NCBI RefSeq assembly: GCF_004010195.1
Contig: NC_057749.1
Coordinates: 21,736,331 to 21,766,593, forward strand
From: Chiloscyllium plagiosum
Taxonomy: Eukaryota
Direction: 5' to 3'
Length of the DNA stretch: 30,263 nucleotides
Shown here: positions 20,735 to 30,263 of the stretch, one piece after another
How positions within the stretch are numbered: the stretch's first letter is position 1
Layout of the letters: every line of letters starts with the position of its first letter
Notes under the pieces: generated by a model
The model's database searches: none
Seen by the model: only the letters and a program-made list of their open reading frames with translations
Told to the model about the DNA's origin: nothing
Program-made: the position numbers and the translations under genes

Positions 20735-21506
20735 CAAGATGGTGGCAGATTGGTAGACAGGCAGGAGGCTGGGAGAACACAGCAAGCCAGGCAGCATCAG
20801 GAGGTGGAGAAGTCAACGTTTCGGGTGTAGCCCTTCTTCAGGATGAAACATCAACCTGTCCACCTCCTGATGCTGCCTGGCTTGCTGTGTTCTTCCAGCC
20901 TCCTGCCTGTCTAATTTGGATTCCAGCATCTGCAGTTTGTTTTGTTTCTCTGATAGTGGCAGATAGCAGGCTGCATGCTGACTTCTGAGCCTGGGGTTTG
21001 TCAGTTCGCGTCTGCAGTCTCTTTTTGTTCACGTTTTTTTCTTTGCTTTAAAGCCTTCTGCACCGGGTTAATCAGCGGCTTCGGTACAGCCGCGAGAGCC
21101 GACTGTGGGTGGAGTGGCGGCAGCTTCATGGAGGTCTGAGGTGGTAGCGCCGGCGGACAGGGTTCCTCCTGGACTCCTCTCAGTGATTGGAGGGGATGGC
21201 AGCAAGAACATGGTCCCTCTCAGTGATCGATGTGAGACTCGCAGGCTGACCAGGATTGTAGGCCATGGCTAGGCCCAAGTGCCTGCATCGGTGGTTCCAA
21301 ACACCTTTATGGAGGTAAGGGTTAGACTTTAACATCTGGACATTTTTCTGACCTTTTGGGTTTCTTTTATTTTCGCTGCTGTTTTTTGCATATTCTTGTT
21401 TTGCAACCAAGCTGACATCGGAGAATTGTGACTTCACTGTAATCGTGTATTGCTATACCTGAGTACATGTGACAAAGAAAATCTAATTCTAATTCTAATT
21501 CTAATT
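20735..21506 (+). mobile_element. Unclassified non-autonomous retroposon (copy X2), interrupted by a PLE hairpin
   Basis: Starts CAAGATGGTGGC; T-rich tract; CpG-rich body with a second copy at 13446-13680; tail TTCACTGTA..TACATGTGACAAAGAAAAT(CTAATT)4. Confidence 0.65.
20751..20951 (+). mobile_element. Hairpin PLE mini-element (family B), 13 bp TSD with one mismatch
   Basis: GATGGTGGCAGAT 20738-20750 and GATAGTGGCAGAT 20952-20964; minus-strand core CTGAAGA-A-GGG-CTACA-CCC-GAAACGTT at 20815-20841. Confidence 0.85.
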
Positions 21507-21591
21507 GATCCCTTTAGCCCTGAGACATTCCGGTTTCTGTTTTTCGGAAAGACTATACTTGCCGCGTTGGTTGCCTCGTAGCTGCCTGCAG

Positions 21592-21896
21592 AAACCTCCC
21601 TTCCCATTTCCCGACTCCCTTCCCCGCCCCTCTCCCTCCCTTCCACTGCTCCCTGCCACCAACTGGATTCATTCCTCCCATTGACCAACCAGGTCGTACA
21701 TTGTACCTCACCTATCCCTATTTCACGACCCTGTCCCCACCATCTGCAGCTCCCCCTGCACCCACCCCAAGTCCTGAAGAATGGTTGCACCCAAAATGTC
21801 GACTTCTCCACCTCCTGATGCTGCCTGGCTTGCTGTGCTCTCCCAGCCTCCTGCCTGTCTGTTTCGGATTCCAGCATCTGCAATTTGTTTGTCTCT
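21592..21896 (+). mobile_element. PLE pLTR fragment (family B), not inverted
   Basis: C-rich pLTR body, degenerate core CTGAAGAATGGTTGCACCCAAAATGTC, and a 3' end matching 20860-20950. Confidence 0.8.
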
Positions 21897-22153
21897 TACC
21901 CAGAAATGGTCCAGCAAGCCATCCAGTTTGCACAGCCAGTGGGAAATTACATTCTCAAGATTTCAAATATGGTGAGGTAATAGACCGCCACTGAGTTCAA
22001 AATCGTTTGGACTGTGCTCCTCTGCACTCAGTGCTATACCGCAGAGGCTTGGTCAACAGGTCAAGCTGCTAGATGCAATCCACCAGCATCTGCAAACATG
22101 TTGGCACGTTATCTGTTGGTCTCCCGGGGAGAGAAAATGCAGCACTCCAGATA

Positions 22154-25100
22154 CATGGTGTGGGGCTGGTATAGCCAGGAGCAGGACAGTCTCTCTGGGG
22201 CATGGTGTGGGGCTGGTATAGCCAGGAGCAGGACAGTCTCTCTGGGGCCTGGTGTACGGCTGGTATAGTCCAGAGTAGGACAGTCTCTCTGGGGCATGGT
22301 GTGGGGCTGGTATAGCCAGGAGCAGGACAGTCTCTCTGGGGCATGGTGTGGGGCTGGTATAGCCAGGAGCAGGACAGTCTCTCTGGGACATGGTGTATGG
22401 CTGGTATAGTCCAGAGTAGGACAGTCTCTCTGGGGCCTAGTGTGGGACTGGTGTAGCCCAGAGCAGGACAGTCTCTCTGGGGCATCGTGTTGGGCTGGTA
22501 TAGTCCGGAGCAGGACAGTCTCTCTGGGGCCTGGTGTACGGCTGGTATAGCCCGGAGTAGGACAGTCTCTCTGGGGCCTGGTGTACGGCTGGTATAGCCC
22601 AGAGCAGGACAGTCTCTCTGGGGCATGGTGTGGGGCTGGTATACTCCAGAGCAGGACAGTCTCTCTGGGGCATGGTGTGGGGCTGGTATAGCCCGGAGCA
22701 GGACAGTCTCTCTGGGGCATGGTGTGGGGCTGGTATAGTCCAGAGCAGGACAGTCTCTCTGGGGCCTGGTGTACAGCTGGTATAGCCCGGAGCAGCACAG
22801 TCTCTCTGGGGCCTGGTGTACGGCTGGTATAGCCCAGAGCAGGACAGTCTCTCTGGGGCATGGTGTGGGGCTGGTATAGTCCAGAGCAGGACAGTCTCTC
22901 TGGGGCCTGGTGTACAGCTGGTATAGCCCGGAGCAGCACAGTCTCTCTGGGGCCTGGTGTGGGGCTGGTATAGCCCGGAGCAGGACAGTCTCTCTGGGGC
23001 ATGGTGTGGGGCTGGTATAGTCCAGAGCAGGACAGTCTCTCTGGGGCTTGGTGTGGGGCTGGTATAGTCCAGAGCAGGACAGTCTCTCTGGGGCATGGTG
23101 TGGGGCTGGTATAGTCCAGAGCAGGACAGTCTCTCTGGGGCCTGGTGTGGGGCTAGTATAGCCCGGAGCAGGACAGTCTCTCTGGGGCATCGTGTTGGGC
23201 TGGTGTAGCCCGGAGCAGGACAGTCTCTCCAGGGCCAGGTGTACGGCTGGTGTAGCCCAGAGCAGGACAGTCTCTCTGGGGCATGGTGTGGGGCTGGTTT
23301 AGTCCAGAGCAGGACAGTCTCTCTGGGGCCATGTGTGGGGCTGGTATAGTCTAGAGCAGGACAGTCGCTCTGGGGCATGGTGTAGGGCTGGTATAGTCCA
23401 GAGCAGGACAGTCTCTCTGAGGCATGGTGTGGGGCTGGTATAGTCCAGAGCAGGACAGTCTCTCTGGGGCCTGGTGTACAGCTGGTATAGCACGGAGCAG
23501 CACAGTCTCTCTGGGACCTGGTGTGGGGCTGGTATAGCCGGAGCAGGACAGTCTCTCTGGGGCATGGTGTGGGGCTGGTTTAGCCCGGAGCAGGACAGTC
23601 TCTCTGGGGCCTGGTGTGGGGCTGGTATAGCCCGGAGCAGGACAGTCTCTCTGGGGCATCGTGTTGGGCTGGTGTAGCCCGGAGCAGGACAGTCTCTCTA
23701 GGGCATGGTGTGGGACTGGTGTAGCCCAGAGCAGGACAGTCTCTCTGGGGCATGGTGTGGGGCTGGTTTAGTCCAGAGCAGGACAGTTTCTCTGGGGCCT
23801 GGTGTAGGGCTGGTATAGTCCAGAGCAGGACAGTCTCTCTGGGGCATTGTGTGGGGCTGGTATAGCCAGGAGCAGGACAGTCTCTCTGGGGCCTGGTGTG
23901 GGGCTGATGTAGCCCAGAGCAGGACAGTCTCTCTGGGGCATGGTGTGGGGCTGATATAGCCAGGAGCAGGACAGTCTCTCTGGGGCATGGTGTGGGGCTG
24001 GTATATCCAGAGCAGGACAGTCTCTCTGGGACATGGTGTACGGCTGGTATAGTCCAGAGTAGGTCAGTCTCTCTGGGGCCTAGTGTGGGACTGGTGTAGC
24101 CCAGAGCAGGACAGTCTCTCTGGGGCATCGTGTTGGGCTGGTATAGTCCAGAGCAGGACAGTCTCTCTGGGGCCTGGTGTACGGCTGGTATAGCCCGGAG
24201 TAGGACAGTCTCTCTGGGGTCTGGTGTACGGCTGGTATAGCCCAGAGCAGGACAGTCTCTCTGTGGCATGGTGTGGGGCTGGTATAGTCCAGAGCAGGAC
24301 AGTCTCTCTGGGGCATGGTGTGGGGCTGGTGTAGCTTGGAGCAGGACAGTCTCTCTGGGGCATGGTGTACGGCTGGTATAGTCCAGAGCTGGACAGTCTC
24401 TCTGGGGCAGGGTGTAGGGCTGGTATAGTCCAGAGCAGGACAGTCTCTCTGGGGCCTGGTGTGGGGCTGATGTAGCCCAGAGCAGGACAGTCTCTCTGGG
24501 GCATGGTGTGGGGCTGGTATAGTCCAGAGCAGGACAGTCTCTCTGGGGCCTGGTGTGGGGCTGATGTAGCCCAGAGCAGGACAGTCTCTCTGGGGCATGG
24601 TGTGGGGCTGGTATAGTCCAGAGCAGGACAGTCTCTCTGGGGCCTGGTGTGGGGCTGGTATAGTACAGAGCAGGACAGTCTCTCTGGTGCATGGTGTGGG
24701 GCTGGTATAGTCCAGAACAGGACAGTCTCTCTGGGGCCTGGTGTGGGGGTGATGTAGCCCAGAGCAGGACAGTCTCTCTGGGGCATGGTGTGGGGCTGGT
24801 ATAGTCCAGAGCAGGACAGTCTCTCTGGGGCCTGGTGTGGGGCTGGTATAGTCCAGAGCAGGACAGTCTCTCTGGTGCCTGGTGTGGGGTTGATGTAGCC
24901 CAGACCAGGACAGTCTCTCTGGGGCATGGTGTGGGGCTGGTATAGTCCTGAGCAGGACAGTCTCTCTGGCGCATGATGTGGCGCTGGTATAGTCCAGAGC
25001 AGGACAGTCTCTCTGGGGCATGGTATGGGGCTGGTGTATCTTGGATCAGGACAGTCTCTCTGGGGCATGGTGTGGGGCTGGTATAGTCCAGAGCAGGACA

Positions 25101-27043
25101 GTCCCTCTGGGGCATGGTGTGGGGCTGGTATAGTCCAGAGCAGGACAGTCTCTCTGTGGCACGGTGTGGGGCTGGTGTAGCTTGGAGCAGGACAGTCTCT
25201 CTGGGGCCTGGTGTGGGGCTGGTGTAGCTTGGAGCAGGACAGTCTCTCTGGGGCCTGGTGTGGGGCTGGTATAGTCCAGAGCAGGACAGTCTCTCTGGGG
25301 CATGGTGTGGGGCTGGTATAGTCCAGNNNNNNNNNNNNNNNNNNNNNNNNNNNNNNNNNNNNNNNNNNNNNNNNNNNNNNNNNNNNNNNNNNNNNNNNNN
25401 NNNNNNNNNNNNNNNNNNNNNNNNNNNNNNNNNNNNNNNNNNNNNNNNNNNNNNNNNNNNNNNNNNNNNNNNNNNNNNNNNNNNNNNNNNNNNNNNNNNN
25501 NNNNNNNNNNNNNNNNNNNNNNNNNNNNNNNNNNNNNNNNNNNNNNNNNNNNNNNNNNNNNNNNNNNNNNNNNNNNNNNNNNNNNNNNNNNNNNNNNNNN
25601 NNNNNNNNNNNNNNNNNNNNNNNNNNNNNNNNNNNNNNNNNNNNNNNNNNNNNNNNNNNNNNNNNNNNNNNNNNNNNNNNNNNNNNNNNNNNNNNNNNNN
25701 NNNNNNNNNNNNNNNNNNNNNNNNNNNNNNNNNNNNNNNNNNNNNNNNNNNNNNNNNNNNNNNNNNNNNNNNNNNNNNNNNNNNNNNNNNNNNNNNNNNN
25801 NNNNNNNNNNNNNNNNNNNNNNNNNNNNNNNNNNNNNNNNNNNNNNNNNNNNNNNNNNNNNNNNNNNNNNNNNNNNNNNNNNNNNNNNNNNNNNNNNNNN
25901 NNNNNNNNNNNNNNNNNNNNNNNNNNNNNNNNNNNNNNNNNNNNNNNNNNNNNNNNNNNNNNNNNNNNNNNNNNNNNNNNNNNNNNNNNNNNNNNNNNNN
26001 NNNNNNNNNNNNNNNNNNNNNNNNNNNNNNNNNNNNNNNNNNNNNNNNNNNNNNNNNNNNNNNNNNNNNNNNNNNNNNNNNNNNNNNNNNNNNNNNNNNN
26101 NNNNNNNNNNNNNNNNNNNNNNNNNNNNNNNNNNNNNNNNNNNNNNNNNNNNNNNNNNNNNNNNNNNNNNNNNNNNNNNNNNNNNNNNNNNNNNNNNNNN
26201 NNNNNNNNNNNNNNNNNNNNNNNNNNNNNNNNNNNNNNNNNNNNNNNNNNNNNNNNNNNNNNNNCCAGAGCAGGACAGTCTCTCTGGGGCATGGTGTGGG
26301 GCTGGTATGGTCCAGAGCAGGACAGTCTCTCTGGGGCATGGTGTGGGGCTGGTATGGTCCAGAGCAGGACAGTCTCTCTGGGGCATGGTGTGGGGCTGGT
26401 ATGGTCCTGAGCAGGACAGTCTCCCTGGGGCATGGTGTGGGGCTGGTATGGTCCTGAGCAGGACAGTCTCCCTGGGGCATGGTGTGGGGCTGGTATGGTC
26501 CTGAGCAGGACAGTCTCCCTGGGGCATGGTGTGGGGCTGGTATGGTCCTGAGCAGGACAGTCTCCCTGGGGCATGGTGTGGGGCTGGTATGGTCCTGAGC
26601 AGGACAGTCTCCCTGGGGCATGGTGTGGGGCTGGTATAGTCCTGAGCAGGACAGTCTCTCTGGGGCATGGTGTGGGGCTGGTATAGTCCTGAGCAGGACA
26701 GTCTCTCTGGGGCATGGTGTGGGGCTGGTATAGTCCTGAGCAGGACAGTCTCTCTGGGGCATGGTGTGGGGCTGGTATAGTCCTGAGCAGGACAGTCTCT
26801 CTGGGGCATGGTGTGGGGCTGGTATTGCTTGGAGCAGGACAGTCTCCCTGGGGCATGGTGTGGGGCTGGTATAGTCCAGAGCAGGACAGTCTCTCTGGGG
26901 CATGGTGTGGGGCTGGTATGGTCCAGAGCAGGACAGTCTCTCTGGGGCATGGTGTGGGGCTGGTATAGCTCGGGTAGGACAGTCTCTCTGGGGCATGGTG
27001 TGGGGCTGGTATAGTCCAGAGCAGGACAGTCTCTCTGGGGCAT
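22154..27043. repeat. 47 bp GC-rich minisatellite (GGTGTGGGGCTGGTATAGTCCAGAGCAGGACAGTCTCTCTGGGGCAT)n with N gap 25327-26264
   Basis: Roughly 84 sequenced units with interspersed point variants. Confidence 0.98.
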
Positions 27044-27207
27044 AGTGCAGCAGCAGAGAAAGAAAACCTGGATCCTTTTTAAGTTATTTTTCCTTTAATT
27101 TTATTCTAAGTTAATGTGAATGGCGCCTATGTATGGATGATGGTGTACACATTTCACTGTATTTTATATCGACTACACGTGACAATAAAGGGTATTCTAA
27201 TTCTAAT
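27044..27207 (+). mobile_element. 3' part of the unclassified retroposon group (copy X3)
   Basis: T-rich tract, GAATGGCGCC, TTTCACTGTA..TACACGTGACAATAAA..ATTCTAATTCTAAT. Confidence 0.65.
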
Positions 27208-27354
27208 ATGATATCAGGGTCCTGAAACATCATCATCGACGCTGCATAGAAGAAGCTCACACGTCAAGGAGGGGGACGGAGAGGACAAAAGTACAAACAT
27301 GAAGATTCTGCAAGACCCAGCCACGACAAGTACAGAGGCTGGCATCATCTCACA

Positions 27355-27545
27355 CTGGATCAGTGGTGCTGGGAGAGCACAGCAATTCAGGCAGCATCCG
27401 AAGACAGGCAAAATCATCATCCTGATGAAGGGCTTTTGCCCGAAACGTCGATTTTGCCTGTCTTCGGATGCTGCCTGAATTGCTGTGCTCTTCCAGCACC
27501 ACTGATCCAGAATCTGGTTTCCAGCATCTGCAGTCATTGTTTTTA
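27355..27545 (+). mobile_element. Hairpin PLE mini-element (family C) with TSD
   Basis: 61 bp arms at 27355-27415 and 27450-27510 with one mismatch; CATCATCTC(A/C)CACTGG at 27343-27358 and 27546-27561. Confidence 0.9.
27419..27452 (+). ncRNA. Minimal type I hammerhead ribozyme motif
   Basis: ATC-CTGATGA-A-GGGC-TTTT-GCCC-GAAAC-GTC^-GAT: both conserved boxes, 4 bp stem II, palindromic loopless stem III, predicted cleavage after C27449. Confidence 0.75.
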
Positions 27546-27654
27546 CATCATCTCCCACTGGCTGAGAAGGATGGGTCACCCTCCTCCAGGTGCTCAACTC
27601 TGTGTGCTCACTAAAACAGGCACCTAAGAGAACACTTCAGAGACAATCCCAATG

Positions 27655-27965
27655 TATTCATTGTTAATGTCCATCCACAGGATGGGGGCCAGCATTTATT
27701 ACCCATCCCGGAAGGCAGTAAGATTGAACGACTTTGCTTTGAGTCTGGAGTCGTGTGTACACCAGACCAGGTAAGGATGGCAGTTTCCATCCCTGAAGGA
27801 CATTAGTGAACCTGTTGGGCTTTTCCAACCGTTGACAATGGATCCTTGGTCATCATTAGGCTCTTAATTCCTGATCTGTATTGAATTCAAGATCCACTAC
27901 CTGCCACGGAGATTCAAACCTGAGTCCCCAGAGCATTACTGGGATCTCTGGGTTAACAGGTCACT
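27655..27965 (-). mobile_element. DeuSINE/SacSINE1-like SINE
   Basis: GGCCAGCATTTATT..CCAGACCAGGTAAGGATGGCAGTTTCCATCCCTGAAGGACATTAGTGAAC is the reverse complement of the 2066 and 4243 copies. Confidence 0.8.
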
Positions 27966-28398
27966 GACTGCCCTGTGAATGAAAGTCTGTTCTGTTAAGA
28001 TCAACTACGAGGTGAATCATGAGCAAAATGGATGGCAAGCATGGTGTCAAGAGCTTTTGATTAACAAGAGCTGGAAAGATTGGATAGTCTATTGATCAGA
28101 CGAGGCTGATGGGAAACCAAACTGACGAGAAGGAAACGATGAGGGGGCTAATGACAATGGATAAGAAACCTTATGCCTCTTTATTGAGGGTTCCTGTTCC
28201 AGAGGGTATTGATTTAGAGTCTGAAGCTGGAGGTTTAGAGAATAATTTTTCTCATAAAATGTGATGAGAGTTTGTAAATGTTTCGAATTCTGTTTGGCTG
28301 TGTGATTTACCAGCACTGACTCAGTGAGAGTTTGTGGGATATCAGAACTGGTTCAGTGAGTATGTGTTTGTAGGATTGGGACAAGTAAGTCAACAGCA

Positions 28399-28934
28399 AT
28401 CCTGGTCTCCTTCCTACAGGACAGATGTTGTGAAACTTGAAAGGGTTCAGAAAAGATTTACAAGGATATTGCCAGAGTTGGAGGATTTGAGCTATTGGGA
28501 GAAGTTGAATGGGCTGGGGCTGTTTTCCCTGGAGTGTCGGAGGCTGAGGGGTGACCTTATAGAGGTTCATAAAGTCATGAGGGGCATGGATAGGGTAAAT
28601 AGACAAGGTATTTTCCTTGGGGTGGGGGAGTCCAGAACTAGAGGGCATAGGTTTAGGGTGAGAGGGGAAAGATACAAAAGAGACCTACGGGGCAACTTTT
28701 TCACACAGAGGGTGGTACGTGTATGGAATGAGTTGCCAGAGGAAGTGGTTGAGGATAGTATGATTAGAGCATTTAAAAGGCATCTGGATGGGTATATGAA
28801 TGGGAAGGGTTTAGAGTGACATGGGCCAAGTGCTGGCAAATGGGACTAGATTAGATTGGAATATCTGGTTGGCACGGATGATTTGGACCGAAAGGTCTGT
28901 TTCCGTGCTGCGCATCTCAATGACTCTATGACTA
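28399..28934 (+). mobile_element. CR1 (HER1-like) LINE 3' fragment, relatively young
   Basis: Open frame WSPSYRTDVVKLERVQKRFTRILP..GLFSLECRRLRGDLIEV..FFTQRVVRVWNELP; tail ATGACTCTATGACT. Confidence 0.93.
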
Positions 28935-29461
28935 ACACAGTGGTATCAGCAGTGGCTCAATGAGTGTGTTGTGGAGGGATATTTCAGTGCTAGGACAGTC
29001 CTTTACTCTTGACAATCATCTGTTGCTCCATTTTCCTGTTTTCCATTGCTCAGAAATGGGAAGTCAGTCCCGGTTTAAAAGGACATCAGTTTTTAATGTC
29101 ACCATCAATCAGCCAGCGCTCGGCGGTAATGTGATGTTTCCCCCATTGCAATGAATTGTACCAGGGTCAGTAAGCTGAAGTCTCACACGAAAACACAAAC
29201 ATGACCTGCAGGAGTTCAGCATCTCCCAGCTGTTCAATTCCATATGGACTCAGTGAAGTGCAGAGAGAACAGACGTTTTCTTGTCACCACTGTCTTGTCC
29301 TTTCCTGCCAGTTGGGAGTGACAATCCGGGACTGCAAAATCCTGAGTTGCCTGTGTAAAGTACAGTCGGTTGCAGGCCAGTCGACTGTGTTATACACCTA
29401 AAAAAACAAGAAGAACATATGGAAATAATGCTTCAACTGTGCAAATCAAACTCCTGTTCAG

Positions 29462-29785
29462 CGACATGGTGGCGCAGTGGTTAGCACTGCTGCCTCACAG
29501 CGCCAGGGACCTGGGTTCGATTCCAGCCTCGGGCGACTGTCTGTGTGGAGTTTGCACATTCTCCCCGTGTCTGTGTGGGTTTCCTCCGGGTGCTCCCACA
29601 GTCCAAAGCTGTGCAGGTTCGGTTGACTTGCCCATAGTGTTCAGTGATGTGCAGGTTAGGTGCAGCAGTCAGGAAAAATGTTGAGTAATAGGGTTGGGGA
29701 ATGGGTCTGGATGGGAGGGTTGGTGTGGACTTGTTGAACCACATGGCATGTTCCCACACCATAGAGATTCCACGGTGATTCTATG
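29462..29785 (+). mobile_element. HE1/V-SINE (tRNA-derived)
   Basis: A box TGGCGCAGTGG, B box GGTTCGATTCC, V-domain TTTGCACATTCTCCCCGTGTCTG, CR1-like GATTCTATG tail. Confidence 0.9.
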
Positions 29786-30016
29786 GTGAAGCTACACAGG
29801 AAAGAACTTGGATTGGGAAATAAGCACTGGTCAGTATCTGTGGTCAGGCTGAGCCACTGATCTCTCTCTGTCTCTGGGCTGAGTTGTGGATCTAGTTCTG
29901 GGGTTATATCTGGTTCCTGGTCTGTGCTTGGGCGTTGGACACACTGTGTGCCTGTGACTGGAGTTAGTCCTGCATTATTGGCTGGGCCTGGGTCCATAGA
30001 TGGAATTGAGTGTGTA

Positions 30017-30228
30017 TAGAGTCACAGAGTCATACAGCACAGAAACAGACCCTTCAATCCAACCAGTCCACACTGACCAAAATCCCAAACTAGTCCCACC
30101 TGCCTGCGCTTGGCCCATATCCCTCCAAATCTTTCCTATTCATGCCCTTATCCAAATGTCTTTTCAACATTGTAACTGTACCCACATCCACCCACTTCCT
30201 CTGGAAGTTCATTCTACACATGAACCAT
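30017..30228 (-). mobile_element. CR1 3' end
   Basis: ATAGAGTCACAGAGTCATACAGCACAGAAACAGACCC..CCACTTCCTCTGGAAGTTCATTC; similar to 9711-9900. Confidence 0.85.
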
Positions 30229-30263
30229 TGGGGGAGGGGGGAGGAAGAGAGTGAACCCAGTGT

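Noticed and set aside
22053..27043. Very long minus-strand ORFs (up to 1138 aa) of a 47-aa repeat
   Set aside because: The 47 bp unit has no minus-strand stop, so all three frames give the same permuted peptide. The ORFs cross N gaps and tolerate 1 bp indels, so there is no sign of coding constraint.
22154..27043. CRISPR array
   Set aside because: Units are head-to-tail with no unique spacers, there are no cas genes, and the context is vertebrate.
28334..28819. Host gene of 161 aa
   Set aside because: It is the C-terminus of CR1 ORF2 from a 5'-truncated copy.
29462..29530. tRNA gene
   Set aside because: The A and B boxes continue directly into a V-SINE body, so this is a SINE head.

Overview
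Repeat-dense eukaryotic non-coding DNA with four assembly gaps. The repeat repertoire (HE1/V-SINE, DeuSINE/SacSINE1-like, CR1, Penelope) points to a cartilaginous fish, probably a shark; this is inference. I see no credible host protein-coding exon. Main contents: (1) a decayed Gmr1-type Gypsy LTR retrotransposon on the minus strand (14317-20387, order gag-PR-INT-RT-RH) inserted into a CR1 LINE. (2) Seven Penelope-like (PLE) terminal-repeat pieces; four are ~200 bp hairpin mini-elements with 13-16 bp target-site duplications and minimal hammerhead-ribozyme cores (intact at 27422-27449). (3) An uncharacterised non-autonomous retroposon group sharing a 3' stem-loop/AATAAA/(CTAATT)n tail; two members follow large GC-rich minisatellites (23 bp and 47 bp units), an SVA-like layout. 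(4) A very degraded putative PIF/Harbinger fossil (691-3620). (5) Many CR1, L2 and SINE fragments. The long ORFs in the track are minisatellite or N-gap artefacts. All family assignments are by eye, without database searches.
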